A DNA stretch of 63,568 nt, filler included, from Sluysia triapertura (GCA_046118255.1; 5 parts of 5 records of this genome joined end to end with filler, not necessarily neighbours in it), one strand, 5' to 3'. Positions 1 to 13,900 are shown, counted from the first letter of the whole stretch. The notes: a model not told the origin generated them from the sequence alone. Numbers and translations are program-made.

Positions 1-172
1 AGAAATTAAAGAATTAAATATTTTCTTTTTATTTGGTTACAGTTTAGTTTATGGAAGTTTAACAAATTATATTTATTGAATATGATATTATGTTAAAAGA
101 TTGATTTTTAATTTTTTGTTTCAATATTAAAAATTGTTATAATTTAATGATACGTGATTTTTGAATGTTAAT

Positions 173-477
173 GAATTTTCTTTTAAAAGTGTTGATAATT
201 GGTGATGCAAAATCGGAAAAATATCATTTGTAAATCGTTATAGTCATGATACTTTTCAAGATCGTTATAAAGTAACAATATGTGTCGATTTTGCATTGAA
301 GGAAGCTTTTTGGCACGATTATAGAAAATTGAAAATGCAATTACGGGATGTTGCTGGACAAGAACGATATTCATCAATGACAAGAGTGTATTATAAAGAA
401 GTTAGTGGTTGTATATTAATGTTTGATTTAGCAGATAAAAAATCATTTCAAAGCGTAACGAAATGGAAAAAAGACAA
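173..477 (+). pseudogene. Rab32/Rab38/Rab29 (Rab7L1)-family small GTPase, truncated intronless pseudogene
   Basis: With two compensating frameshifts near the P-loop it reads EFSFK/VLIIGDA/IGKISFVNRYSHDTFQDRYKVTICVDFALKEAFWHDYRKLKMQLRDVAGQERYSSMTRVYYKEVSGCILMFDLADKKSFQSVTKWKKD. VDFALK, DxAGQE and MTRVYYKE fit the Rab32/38/29 clade. Defects: in-frame TGA, GKT->GKI, TIGVDF->TICVDF, WD->RD. Similarity stops before the NKxD motif. Confidence 0.85.
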
Positions 478-1599
478 TAGATGCAGTGCCAATCAGCAAA
501 ATGAAAAGCGATGCACATGGAATGACTAGAGAAACTCTAAAAATCGTTGCAGTATTAACCGAAAATCCTACAAACCACATCTGGAGATCAACTTTCGATT
601 TAGCCAGTTCTACTGTAACAATTAAGAAAACGTCAAATTAAAACTTTAAAGATCAAATGCCGAAGTCTATTTATGATAATTGGAATGCTGCTAAAACTTT
701 ACAGAATAGAGAACCGTTCAATTTTATTGATACCATATTAAAATTATTGTTATGCAGTTTTCTATTAAGTTAAAGTTAATTCAGCACTTGGTACTGAGTG
801 ATAGTATTCCTAGTCTAAAGACATGTTTACGTTACCTAGTTTGTAAAGTTAATCAAAGGTATAAGCTTATCCGTTTTAGTTTTGTAAGCGATCATCCTAT
901 CAACAACCGACTTGGACAGGAATATTGTTTGCTGAGTACCAAGAGCTAGTTCGTAGGTTTAAGAACTGACGGTGTAAAATTTTGTTCGATTTTTTGATTT
1001 TTATTTTGAAATCGACATGTGATTCTCACCGAAGTATGTTTGTTTGTGCCGTGTATGTTGAGAGTATGATGCATTACTGCCATGACAAATTTACTCATAT
1101 GATGTATCTTCACGTCAAGCTAGATTTTTGAAATAATTCGTTTATTTTTACGCCTTGTCGTGCATATACAAGATTCCATTGCGAATTCAAAATTGCGGGT
1201 CACCTTAAGGTTAGACGTTTAGGCAAAATAGATAATTATAACCTGTGTATACGTAATTGTCTAGATCGGCATAATCTGTTCCACCTACATTGTTGTATAT
1301 CTTTGATATGAAGCTTTTATCGTGTTTGAGTCTGGTGAGAAAATTTTTGTTGTTCAAAATGTCGCAAAAGGTGGAAACTTTGGAGCGATATTCTACTGTC
1401 TCGCGATTGATAGTGAATGTAAGTTTTGTACTATTATATTTGTTAAATTTTTTAATGTGTCAACAATCTTTATCAACCTTTATTATTTGCGTAGAATACA
1501 ATTTTTTCATGTTATTCTTATTCAAAAATTGTTCTTTATAAAGAAATTTTCGAGTGCCTTAAGCACCGATTTTGTCGTAACTATAGATTTTATGTAGAT

Positions 1600-2192
1600 C
1601 GAACCCGTTGTAACGATACGTATAACAAAAATAACAACGGTAATCTTAAACTCTTAAATGATAAGATCATAACTACAATATTCCCCTCATTAGATCGGAG
1701 CTGTGAAATTTCCTTAATCAGATTTTTCCTGTATTTTAGGTTTCAACTTAAAAATTAAAAATCTTACCAAACAATTAAAAATAATTAAGGTAATTCAAGG
1801 ATTTTTCTGCACCAAATCGCAGAGCTTGATATGTCATGAATGAATTGCTTTGTGAACTGTTGGTTGATTGTAGTAAATAGTGGTGATAATTAAATCGAGA
1901 TAACTAATAGTGTTGAATAATAATTGATAAGTAATTGTCAAATAATTGTGTTAACTATTGAACTGATGATAGTTTATATACTAGTCATCAGCCAATGGAA
2001 ATCGATGGAATGTTCTATAACATTCTAGAAGCATCTATTCTATTTTTAGAAGCTTATTTTCTTTTTTGGAATTTTTTTTTTGGAAAATGAATGTTTATTA
2101 GTTGTTTGGAAGCTTTTAAATATTTTGTTAAATGATTTTAAAAATTTTTAATGATGTAGATAATTTTAAAGGGTTGTGATGACAACCTAACA
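1600..2192 (-). mobile_element. LTR-like dispersed repeat family A (solo-LTR-like copy)
   Basis: On the minus strand it starts TGTTAGGTTGTCATCACAACCC and contains ATTGGCTGATGACTAGTATATAAAC (CCAAT plus TATA). Homologous to 36075-36950, 59923-60696, 10975-11095 and 61601-61630. Left boundary approximate. Confidence 0.7.
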
Positions 2193-2349
2193 AACTATTA
2201 TTACTACAACATAATGATTATTTGTCTAATACTAACATAATTGACTAAACAAATAATTTTAGACCAAAAGATTTATTATTATTATTATTGTTATTCACTA
2301 AACTTTATTTTCCCAATATGTAGCCACATTTAACAATAATAATTTGTAC

Positions 2350-2564
2350 CTGATAACATGTATGTGCTATTGTTCGTGCAACATAGGTTATTAGTTTTGA
2401 ATAAGCTTCTTCGCCAGTTGAATGAACTGCCTGATTAGCACTCGTTATTAAATGTTGCATATCGGTTCCTAAGTGATTGTAACATGTAATTTGCCATATT
2501 AATCGTGGTAGATAAAACATAAGACACTGAAGTGATAAAATGAACGGTATCCATTGATAATATA
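2350..2564 (-). CDS. Innexin (gap-junction protein), exon 2; downstream exons not found in the window
   Basis: Acceptor ttattcag at 2565, phase 1. Reads (L)YYQWIPFILSLQCLMFYLPRLIWQITCYNHLGTDMQHLITSANQAVHSTGEEAYSKLITYVARTIAHTCYQ, then donor CAG|GTACAA. YYQW..P..IW is the innexin TM2 signature. Phase matches exon 1. Confidence 0.93.
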
Positions 2565-5500
2565 CTGAATAATAATGATTATTATTAAGCCAATATAAAT
2601 CATTCGTTCTCTAATAACACACAAAATAATAAAATCGACTTTAATCCTTAATAATTAATCATAAAAATTAGCTGCAAAATAAACAAATATCAATGTACGT
2701 GTAAAAATTAACTATAGATGAAATTGGTCATATAAACAATCGTTATAGCTCATCTCTGCTATTTTAAAAGCCCCAAAAATAATCTTCATTAAAATGTTCA
2801 ACATTATAAATAATACGTTATCTATTTATAGTGATATTTACGATCTCTTTGTGTTAATTTTGAATTCATAAAATGTTCATTCGCCACTTATAATAATAAA
2901 TAGTGTTTTTCTACTGATATTATGAAAAATTTTCCTCATTCTATTCTATAACGCTTTTTCATTCAATTTTTTATAATTAATTTTACTCTACAATCAAATA
3001 TATCTTTATACAGTTGCGTGATCATTCTGTATTATAACTTTGGCCCTCTTCACATCTAAAAAATGATTACAATATATATTTACTTCGGGATTGGTTAATT
3101 GGAATGTGTGTTATATTATATGTTAGAATATATTCTAATAGGTGTGTTATCAGTAATCAATAACAATTATAATCCAGTAAACATGATAATAGTAGTACCT
3201 TTTAAAAGTACTTAATTTAAATGTAAAATTAAAAACGCCTACATGCAAAATCAGTATGAAAAATTCAGGTTTGTGTAATAATTTGTCTATAACTTGGTAT
3301 TAATTTTATTTATTGGAAAAATGTACCAATGACTTAAATATTAAAAAGATTACTAATCGATTAACAAAAATCGTGTGGAACAGTCTACATTCAGTTATAA
3401 GACTTTGACTAATTTTATTTGTTTAATTTTATTATCCAATTAGAAAGTAGTTTATAGATTCTGCATCAAATTCATTACAACCAACGAATCTATTAAAATA
3501 AAATAAATAAAAAATAATTAATGCTAATAATAATAAAATTGAATGTTTACTTTTAATTAAATTAATTAAAAACAATAATAATTTGTAAAATTCATTTAGG
3601 CAGATAGTAAGAATTAATTAATTTTTAATAAATGTATATTACTATTATTATTATTATTTTAAAGAGATACTGGCTATTATTATTGCCGCAGGTTGTCTTA
3701 AATAAGTTTTAGGTAGAAAAATTAGAATAATTATATTAATATGGTTTGGTTTTCAATCCACGATTTATTAATGAATGTATCAGGAATTTATTAGAAATAA
3801 ACTAAATTTTTAAGTCAGTAATATGGACAGAAATAAAATTATAAGATATTGATTGTTCAGAAAGTATGGCCGAAGTTAGAAAATAGCATACTAGAGTTGA
3901 TGTTAGGTTTCCCAGTGAATTGAAATTAACTTAGTACATTTTCTTAAACGTATAACAATCTTATTTATGTAACTTGAAAAACTCATAAGAAGACTATCAT
4001 GATATATATAGTAATAAATATACTCGTCAATGTATCTTTGGTATAAATTAAAATAATCATTGATAGCTTGATGACAAAAATTTGCATTTACGATTAATTG
4101 AAAACTGTACGATCATTTACTTTTTTTATAGTAAAATTTTAACTGAATTTTAAGATTTGTTTCTAAGTGATACCTGTTAGTGTTTAATATATCATTATCA
4201 AAATAACCTCTATCTAAATAAATTATAGTACTGAATGACTATAAGCATGATTAAGCATGACTAAGGTTTATTTCAATATTGGTTTAAAATTAAAAATAAA
4301 AGGTAAATAATTATTATTGAATAAAAACAAAGACACATAGAATATAACATAAGGATGCAATTTATAAAAGGATAAAATTCAAAACACCGACTAAAATGTA
4401 GCCTTACTTTAAAAGTATTATCAGTAGTATTCAGAATGGCTAAGAAACAATGTTCTGACAATGAATCTGATAATAGATTTTCCGAAATTTCTGTCATAAT
4501 TTTAACAATAATTTCTTGACTTAGAATGTGCACGTTAACAATGATATATTTTCATCAGATAATTGTAAATGAATGAAAACAGTAGGTAGATTTAAATTTA
4601 TAACTACGAATGAATTAGAATGTGAGGTTTCAATTGACTTATTATTTGTATTTGTTCGTTTAGAATGTTCTTTAGAAAAACTTTGATTGGTGATCGTTGG
4701 CTTTTGTTACAGTTACTGTCGAACCGAATTTATTTTCAAAGAATTCTTGATTAACTGGAAATTTCTCCGAAATAGCAGTCGAGTTGAGAAGACATTCTTT
4801 TAACTGAATATAGATTTTTGTAATATTTCTATTTTCGACTTCCATTTAAATAAAATAAAAATTAGTAATTAATGGAAAAACTATTTAAACAAATCACTTT
4901 GATTGGTTGTAAACAAATAAAACTTAATTAGGTTGAACCAATGAAATGTGGACTAACAATTGCTTTGACCAATTCAAATTTCATTAGACAATTTCATTAC
5001 ATATTAACAGTTAAATATGAATGTGTCAATATTGTTAGTAATTAAGTGATAATGTTGATGATGATAATGATAGTAGTAATATTATTGTAGTTATAATTAA
5101 TATTAAGGCTTTCATAGGTTTCCAAGAATTACTATGAAATTATGGTACATTTAAGAAGATAATGAAGTTCTTTCTTTTAATGATTTTATATTAAGCGTTT
5201 GAAAGTACTTTGTAATAGATATTAGTATTTTGTAAATTACATATTACACTGAAATAAATTAAAATGGGACCAATATAGCTTAGGATTGGTACCACATATT
5301 GTCAGAAGTTAGACTGTTGAAATAGTAACGTAAACTAATGTTCAAATTGGATGAACATAAGTAAAATTTGTAACATGAAAAGTTGTACGATTTGTCGTGT
5401 GTTGAGCTTCTAAATGCTTTGTATTAAATGTTTTTGACGTTTATAAAATTGTTAGTTGGAAATTTATACAAATCAATATAGTGAAACTTAACAATAGGAA

Positions 5501-7510
5501 ATATTAATACCAATTATTTTATGTAAGATTGGTTGTTATATATAGGTGATTGTTTGTTCTAATTTGCATGAATCCCCTATGATATCAGACTTACTCACTT
5601 AAGGGCTAATACGTAAGTGACGTATAAAACAATGTCGATAGCCTAGCTAAAATTTTTAATACTGCGTGAAGAATTTAAAATAATTATGAACACAAATTTG
5701 AATATTTTATTCTTAGATAACAAATTATGAAATATATAACGTAGCTGTAAAAATGTATGTAACTAAAAATATTATAAGCAATATACAAACATTTTGTGGT
5801 GGCCAACCTTTTCATTCAAAATTTAAATCATTATTACACATATTTAAGATCACATTTTTAACATTTCACATTTTATTTTTTCAGATACTTTAAAATTCTT
5901 TTATACTTTAAAACATTTTAAATCCACAATTTCGTGACATTAAAATTATACTTACATTCAAAACAATTAAATATACATTTCAAATTTAATTTAAAACATT
6001 TTAAGTTCACAATTCTTAAACATTCAATCACTAACATCATTGAAAACATTAAATTCACATTTCAAAATCATTTTAAACATTATAATCAAAATGTTTCTAC
6101 AAATTTTATTCTTTCCATAACATTCTCTACTTTTTCACAATTCCACAAAAGAATATTAATTTCAAGAAATACATACACAACTTTTAGTTTAAGAAAGGAA
6201 GTAATAAAGAACTTATTTTTAAGAAAGAGAGCTGTTTCCACAAAAAAAGTTTACAGCGATATAGTTGTTGACAGACATAGTCAATTAAAGGAAACATTGT
6301 AATGATGTTAGCAGCTAAAGAATAACTTGGAGTTCCAAAGATCTATATATGGGTGTGAGACCTTGTGGACTTGAAAAACCTTAAAAAGCATTAAGGTACC
6401 TTTGAACTGGTATACCTTTAAATCATTTAAGACGTCATTAACCTTTAAGTATTCTTGAAGCATCTATAAGCATTTGAGATCCTTTAGTAACCTCATAAAG
6501 TATTTAAGATCTTTAAAATATTTGAGAAATAAAATCATTGTTATTGGTATTAAAGATAAATCTACTATGGTTATAATTAACATAAAGAAGTAGAAAAAGG
6601 AATCGAAGTGAAGGTGAAAACATCTAGAGCCTCCTGAATGCTTATAAACTACTACATAACTTTAGGACCTTAATTAAGTCTAAATACAGGTTAATTAATT
6701 AAAATCTTAATTAACTTAATTAAGAAAAAGTACGTTTTTCTGAATAACTTTTGAATGCAGAATGATACAATAAATTAGAAACTGTGTGTGCATTTGTTTT
6801 GAAAAGACCTTTCGATGAAGGTATGGTTTTACTGAGTTCATCCAACGAAAGCCTTAATATTGATCAAAGTTAAATTCACAATGAATTGAATGTGAATTAT
6901 TGCTATGGAAGAGGGGAATCTAGAAGTGAGTCTGAACTATTTGTAGAGTTGTTTGTTTAAGAATAAGAAGCTTAAAATTTTTGCATAAGAAAATTGGGTG
7001 TGGAAAACAAAAAATCAATTAAATTAAATTCATTATTTTTTATGTATGTTAACGATAATAATAATTATTATATTAATGTGAGAATTAATATAAGTAAAAG
7101 TAGATTGAACAGAGTAAAGGAAAATATAGATAATCATAAATCAATTTTTTGTGTTTTGTATCTAATAAAGTTTGACAATCTGTACCATCTAATTGTCAAA
7201 GATATTATTGTCTGATTAATTTGTGTGAGAGAATGTTTAATCAAAAATTTGGGAATGATTTAATGATGAGAAAATATAAAAAGGAATACTTAAAAATTTT
7301 ACTTCACAACAACACAACAGTGAGAACAATGATTAATAATGCAAATGAGAAGATCCATGCTTTAAGTAATTTTTATATTTATTTTATAATTAAAAATAAT
7401 ATTATTTTGGAGAATTTTAGTAAAATAGTTTTTCTTTTTGTGTTGTTTTTGGGAAATTTATATTCGATTATTAAGGAATAATCGTGAATAATAATTAATA
7501 TTTTTCTTAG

Positions 7511-8150
7511 TGTTGCGTCACCTCTGGTTTCTTTAGATAGATTGTTATGTCCTTAGTACTATTATAAACATTATTGTTAATCTTGTAGTTTTAGAATTGT
7601 TTAGTGGATATTTATAATAATAATAATAATAATAATAATTTTTATTTTATTTTTGTTTAACCAGTAAATTATTGTTATTGATTTGATTTTGAAAACTTAT
7701 TTTGGGATTTAATAATTTGATATATTTATATTTATATAGTGATATAATGAGTACTTAAATTAATGAGGTTCTTTTTAAGCTGATTAAATTGATATTGATT
7801 TATTGTAGCTATTAATTTTCAAAAACGCAAATCAATATCCAATCAAATATAAATTAATTTTATTAAAAACAATGACAAGAAATGATATGATAATTCATAT
7901 GATAAATATGATAATTCATTGTGTCAGTCTAAACTCAAAGTGAATTTAATCTAAAATTAGTATAATTTGTTTATGTTTAAAATTAATTATAAATAGTTAA
8001 TTAATTATAATTAATTATAATTACAAAATAAAGTTAATTATAGTTTAAAATTAATTAATTTTATAGAGTTTATACCTTAAATAAGTACGTTTAAGTAAAG
8101 ATAGATAAACAAATAGTATTATACGACTATAGAGCAAAATTAAGAACATT
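7511..8150 (+). mobile_element. LTR-like repeat family B, upstream of the gag remnant
   Basis: Starts TGTTGCGTCAC. The first ~230 nt align by eye with the minus strand of ~38700-39010 (shared TATAAACATTATTGT, TTTGATTTTGA, TTTGGGAT). Right boundary uncertain. Confidence 0.55.
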
Positions 8151-8161
8151 TTAAAGAATAT

Positions 8162-9160
8162 ATGGCTCAACTAGCCAAAGATTTAAGTCCCATATTAACT
8201 TTACCAGAAATGAGAAAATTTAATGGAGCAGAGGAAGACCTCAGTGTTTTTCTTTTTGAATATGAAAGATCGCCGAAGCAAACGGTTGGAACGAAATTGA
8301 GAAAATTAAGAGAAAACAAAAATACAAACATATAAAGAAATAAGTAATAATGATAAAAAATCTTGGAATGCATTTGTAAATGCTGTTACCGAGGAGATAG
8401 CCTTCGATGTCATGCAAAATATTATACAAATAAATTAAATGTAAGAAAACAAAAGCCAAACGAATCTATATATGAATTCGCTTGTGTTCTTAAAGGTCTT
8501 GTTGCCAGGGAAGAAGTCCCTGAAGATAAAAAAGAACCTACATTATTAGATAAATTGAAAACTGGTCTTCGTCCGGAATTAAGGACATATGTTACACTAA
8601 TGGAAGGTAAACCTTTTAAGGAAATAATTAAAAAATTAAGAAGCATAGAAAGATCTTATAGCGATGACAGAGATAATATTAATTATGTAATGATGGCAAA
8701 TATAAGAGAGATAAGAGCCCAAAATTTAAAGAAATAAAGATAATTCGATAATTATAATGACAATAGATGTATGAGTAATTCCTCAAACTATGATGGATAT
8801 AATAATAATCGAAATAATAATTGCAATAGATTTAATAGCCCATGTTGAGGCATTTCAAATAGTTACAGGGGTAATTGAAATAATTATAGAAGAAATAATA
8901 ATAGGAGAGGATTTCAGATCTAATTATGAGCAATGACCAGCACCGAGATAGCCTTCTAGTTCTAATTTTAATAGGAATAGAAGTAAAAACCCAATAAGAT
9001 ATGAGAAATAATCTGTGACAACTGTAATTAAAAATGACATTATGCAAGAGATTGTAGAAAACTAAGGCAAGAAGTATTTACTCAAGACTTCACTAAAGTA
9101 TGTGGTCCATAACAACAAAGATATCAAAATTCCAATAGGAAAGTAAGCTTTAATGATAAT
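8162..9160 (+). mobile_element. Degenerate Ty3/Gypsy-type gag (capsid domain plus CCHC zinc knuckle) inside innexin intron 1
   Basis: MAQLAKDLSPILTLPEMRKFNGAEEDLSVFLFEYE..., then ...KLNVRKQKPNESIYEFACVLKGL...DKLKTGLRPELRTYV... (retrotransposon Gag QxxxESxxxF and GLxxxL motifs), an Asn/Arg-rich linker, and IICDNCN*K*HYARDCRK at ~9008-9062 (CX2CX4HX4C with stops). No pol follows. Confidence 0.85.
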
Positions 9161-9720
9161 AATAAGAGTGATAAGGGACAAATAAATCAAAAAGATTATA
9201 ATGATAGAAATAATTCATTATCAAATTATTATCAAATTCATTATCAAAAAATTATCGATTGTTTATGTTAGAAATCTGAAAATGTCAAAATTTCTGAATG
9301 TTTAAAAGAAACTTTATCTGTAGCAAAACATTTAAATTAAAAAAATTTTATAATTTTAGTTTTGAAATGATCTAACAGTGCTATTTTAATCTACCAATGG
9401 TTTCTTTGAATTTAAATTTAACAATATTTACTTTAAAATTTAAACATTACTTCAATGATGAATAAATCGATTAAAAAAATCGATAAATAAATTTAAATTT
9501 AGATTTCTTTTGAATTTTATTTAAATGTGACTGCATATATCTTAAATTCTTAAACTAACGAAACAAATTCCGAATTTCCTGAACAATAAATAAATGGTAA
9601 ACAAGAAATTATGCAAGAAATCCCAAAACAAAGTAATCGAATTATTTATTTGTGTATACTTAATTCATTCTTACAATTATTCATTATATTTATGACATCA
9701 AGTCTTTTTAACATCAATTA

Positions 9721-9907
9721 NNNNNNNNNNNNNNNNNNNNNNNNNNNNNNNNNNNNNNNNNNNNNNNNNNNNNNNNNNNNNNNNNNNNNNNNNNNNNNNN
9801 NNNNNNNNNNNNNNNNNNNNNNNNNNNNNNNNNNNNNNNNNNNNNNNNNNNNNNNNNNNNNNNNNNNNNNNNNNNNNNNNNNNNNNNNNNNNNNNNNNNN
9901 NNNNNNN
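9721..9907. other. Assembly gap (187 N), probably a real scaffold gap
   Basis: N run without the internal 12-nt linker. The innexin exons on either side agree in strand, order and phase. Confidence 0.9.
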
Positions 9908-10974
9908 TTAACTTTTACAACAAAAATTACATAAGCATCCCAGAATTCACATAATACATAATATTATCTCAAATCTTAACCATTATAAATGATCTTACAA
10001 TTGGTAAAACACTCAATAAAACCCTTAATCTTTATCACACAATTTAATTTATAAATCTATAATTTTTAGACAATCAAAAAACACCATTTCACACAAGAAA
10101 ATCCACACATTACAGTATTCAATGCATTCACCTAATTAATAAACAGACACCAATAATATACCTAAATTTATGGTTTAATATTACAGAAGGTGAGGTCGTT
10201 ACCGACTTATCATTTATTTGATTATTATTAACTTATCTATTAAGCGACGATTATGGAATTTAAATTTTGAAGAATTAAAATTTAAAACGATGTTACCCGA
10301 TAAATTATGAAGGATGAAAAACAAACAAAGATAACGCATAAAGGTTTTATAGATATAACATTTAATAGTATAAGAGATTGAATCACAAAAAGTAGAATTA
10401 ATAGCAACTCTTACTTTGATTTTTTTGCAATGCGATGAAAGCTGCAGATTTCAATTTGGCTTCTTCTAGTTTGATTCGATGTTTACTTTCACTTGTCTTA
10501 CAGGTTATATAAATTAGCTCTATAATTATTCGTAATTTTAATCATTTCCACAAAGATAAGGAACCATTTTCCTGCAACCAACATTTTTAGATATTTACTA
10601 GACTTAAAGGGTTTCGTTACAGTGTAACTTATAAGTTAATAAATATCAGTAAATACTTTATCTTTAATATCGAAACTAGTAATGTTAAAACTATAAATTC
10701 AAAATACTTTATTACACAAAATCTAGTAAACATTATGTAATTATTGATTTATAAAATAAAGAACAACGATAATTATTTTAGACGTTATAATTAATAAGTT
10801 TATATTATATAGATTTTACCTCTCAATATGTCGAAGGAACTTAACTTTTCTTTTAAAAATAAAGTTTAAATCGATTTTAATTAAAATTAGTAACACCTTA
10901 AAAACAAAACTTACGTTATACAGAGAAATCACTTATTAAAATTTGCAACGATCGTTTTTTCCAAATTGACCAAA

Positions 10975-11260
10975 TTCTTTAAAATGACGATTCTTATTAA
11001 ACTGATGCTAGTTTGTATACTAGTCATCAGCCAATGGCAATCGATGGAACGTTCTAGAACATTATATAAGCTTCTATTGTATTTTTAGAAGCTAACAATA
11101 GCATAATTTTATGCATAAGAACAATTAGATAAGTGCACAAAAGTATAACTAGTATTATTATTATTAACTTAAAGTTACATGAATGCCCACTGTACGTTGT
11201 AAGTCTTTTACTGTAACTGGATCATACTCAAAAAATATTTTGCCGAAGGTTAAGTGCTTA
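10975..11260. mobile_element. Two fragments of LTR-like family A in opposite orientations
   Basis: 10975-11095 is the reverse of the CCAAT/TATA segment (TATACTAGTCATCAGCCAATGG). 11190-11260 matches the 3' segment at 36825-36900 and 60575-60620 on the same strand (AAAAAATATTTTGCCGWAGGTTAAGTG). Confidence 0.65.
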
Positions 11261-11451
11261 CTTCATAAACACAGTCAAATTCACGAATTCTCACACATCC
11301 CTAACATATACAAGCTCAATTTTTAAGTATAGCATCACATTAATGAATAACTTTGATTATTATTATTATTAATATTATATTACTATTATTAAATCAAATA
11401 AAACAATAAATTTATAAAAACTAATTTAAAATATAAATTTTCAATTCTCAC

Positions 11452-11755
11452 AAATTTTCATTTCTTCTAAAGCTTCCCATTCTTCTTCTGAATTTGGTAA
11501 ATTGGCATTGTCTTTGAACGGTATTGTGCCTTGAACCCAACAATAATTTTCTATATAATTCAATAAATTGTTTCCTTTTTCTCCATTAGAATAATAACAC
11601 GATATAGGCTTAAGAACATACTGTTTAACCGTTACTATTGCAGTTAAAAATAGTAATATAATGACAGTAAATTGAAAATTAATTTTATCTGCAAAATCCT
11701 CAATACCAGCATAACTAGCAACTTGAAATTTTGTTAAATGATCAATAAATTCCAT
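11452..11755 (-). CDS. Innexin, exon 1
   Basis: MEFIDHLTKFQVASYAGIEDFADKINFQFTVIILLFLTAIVTVKQYVLKPISCY...NYIENYCWVQGTIP...EMKI has innexin TM1 and both first-loop cysteines (PISC, NYCWVQGT). 304 nt, phase-1 donor T|GTGAGA. Splicing to exon 2 gives EMKIL-YYQW. Confidence 0.95.
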
Positions 11756-12949
11756 TAGTTATTTGTTGCCCCTTGTGCTTTAGAAATATGATATTTGATT
11801 TTTGCTTATACTATGTGTATTAAGTAAATATTAAATACAATGATTATAAAATTTCTGTAAAATTTTATAAAATAAATAATTTTAAATTTAAATAAGTAAA
11901 TAAATTATATTTTTAAATTAATAATAATTATAATTTGAGTTAATTATTTAAATTTAATTTTTAGCAAATAAAAATGCATATTTTTGGTGCATATTATACT
12001 CTATATAAATACTATATGTTCCATTTTTAAGTATTATAATTAGTGGGCTTATAATGTACATTTTTATTTAATTACATTGCTTTTCTACTTGCATATTATT
12101 ACAATTGCTAATTGTTTTAATATTTAACATACAGTCAGTTATTGATTATTATTACAACATGAGTTCAAATATAAATCCACAAATATAAAAAGTAAATCAC
12201 ATTGTGAGAAGACTTTCTCAAAACAATTTGTAGAATTGGAAATAAAATTAAATAAAACTTTTATAATTTAAAATCAAGAAGCTTAAAAGTTCGAGTATCC
12301 TCAGTATGTAGTATTTCAAAAATGTATTGGATGTAATTGAAAAAGAGAAAATTGTGGAATAATCGAAAGTATCGTAAGAATGTATACTAGAAAGGTCAAA
12401 TAAATGCATACAACCGCATAATCATTAAAAGAAAATACATATATGATTATATTAGGTTAAATTCACATTCCAGCTTGATGAAATAATAACCAATAATAAA
12501 ATAAGATAATTTTTACAAAATATTTAAAATATAAAAAGAATTTCAAATATTACTAATAATAATTTTTCTTTTGATATAAACTCCAGACAAAAATTAACGT
12601 TACTAGTTAAAGAGTCTAATACAAATTCTACGTACTTGAATCATTGTATTAGGCAGCCATATTTGAAACTTTTGCTGAATAATTCAACTGAAGTAGTAAA
12701 TAATTAAACAGATAAACAAATCTTAAAATATACTAAAAATAAAGATGGTAAAGATTGAAATACATTAATTTTTGTAAATTATTGTAATAAATTTTTAATT
12801 TTTGTTAAATAATTTGTAAATTTAATAAGAGTAACAATTTATAATAATAATAATAATTTATTTTAATTATTTATTTTAAAGAAAATTTTAATAAAAAAAT
12901 ATAATCTATCTATTTTAGAAAAGTTTTTAGTTTATTATTACATTTTCTA

Positions 12950-13049
12950 NNNNNNNNNNNNNNNNNNNNNNNNNNNNNNNNNNNNNNNNNNNNTTAATTA
13001 ATTAANNNNNNNNNNNNNNNNNNNNNNNNNNNNNNNNNNNNNNNNNNNN
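12950..13049. other. Artificial contig spacer (44 N + TTAATTAATTAA + 44 N)
   Basis: The 12-mer has stops in all six frames, and the same 100-nt spacer occurs four times. Confidence 0.95.
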
Positions 13050-13299
13050 TATATTTTTATTATAATTGAATTTTATTGTTTTTGCATTGATCTATAAGTT
13101 CATATTGTTTATTTTTGAATTTTTATAAAAAACTACATTGTTGTATCGATCCTTAAATTTACATTATTTATTTTTTGTATTCTATAAAATTACGTTGTTA
13201 TATCATAGTTTAATTTAGTAATAAAAGTTCCTAAGTGAATTTTGCTTTGTTCATTAATAAGGGTTTATTAAAATCAGAAGATTTAGTAAAGAAAAAACG

Positions 13300-13855
13300 A
13301 TTGATAAACGATATAGCGTTATAAATTTGAAAAAATAGTTAATAAAAGTTTTCTCGTGTTCTGTAATTAAAGACGTAAACTAGTAAAGATTAAAAGTTTA
13401 TTAACCATTAAAAATTATTTAGAAAGAGAATTAAAACCTAAAAATACGGTTATCGATATTACGCACGTAAAGACATTGAGACATAGTTATAAATTAAAAT
13501 TATTATAGACAAGAGTTCGTACCATTAAAAATATAATTTATTAACCTTTGAGAAAAAAGTGGAGAGTGTACTTTAGGAGATACATTAAAGAATTAAAAAG
13601 TATAAGATAAAAAGTTTGTAAAGAATTTTTAGTCGTTAATATAAAGGAACTAAGGTGTAATTTTTTAAATAGATAAGAGCTAAAAATATTATTTTAAAGA
13701 ACGTATTAAAGTAAAGACAGAGAATATAGTATTCTTTTGACCTTCAGTAATTCATTTGAAAAAGCTTTAAAATCCTACGTGAACGTCCTTATAGGTAAAT
13801 CGTTTAGCGTAGGCGGACCCAACTTAAAATTTATTTATTTTTATAATTGTTCGAG
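13300..13855 (+). mobile_element. LTR-like repeat (family C), related to ~21690-21960
   Basis: A-rich body ending AAATCGTTTAGCGTAGGCGGACCC...AATTGTTCG, compared with AAATCGTATGTCACAGGTGGACCC...AATTGTTCA at 21908-21960. Boundaries approximate. Confidence 0.45.
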
Positions 13856-13900
13856 TAGTAAGAAAACAGAACAATTTAATTAATAATTTTAATTAATTTA

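Noticed and set aside
5934-6660. 122-aa F/K/I/N-rich ORF and a following ~9-nt periodic stretch
   Set aside because: Compositional low-complexity sequence, probably repeat-derived; no recognisable domain.
9611-9934. 107-aa ORF
   Set aside because: It mostly spans the N gap.
12994-13005. TTAATTAATTAA as a biological palindrome or piggyBac site
   Set aside because: It is always centred in a 44N/44N spacer, so it is an assembly linker.
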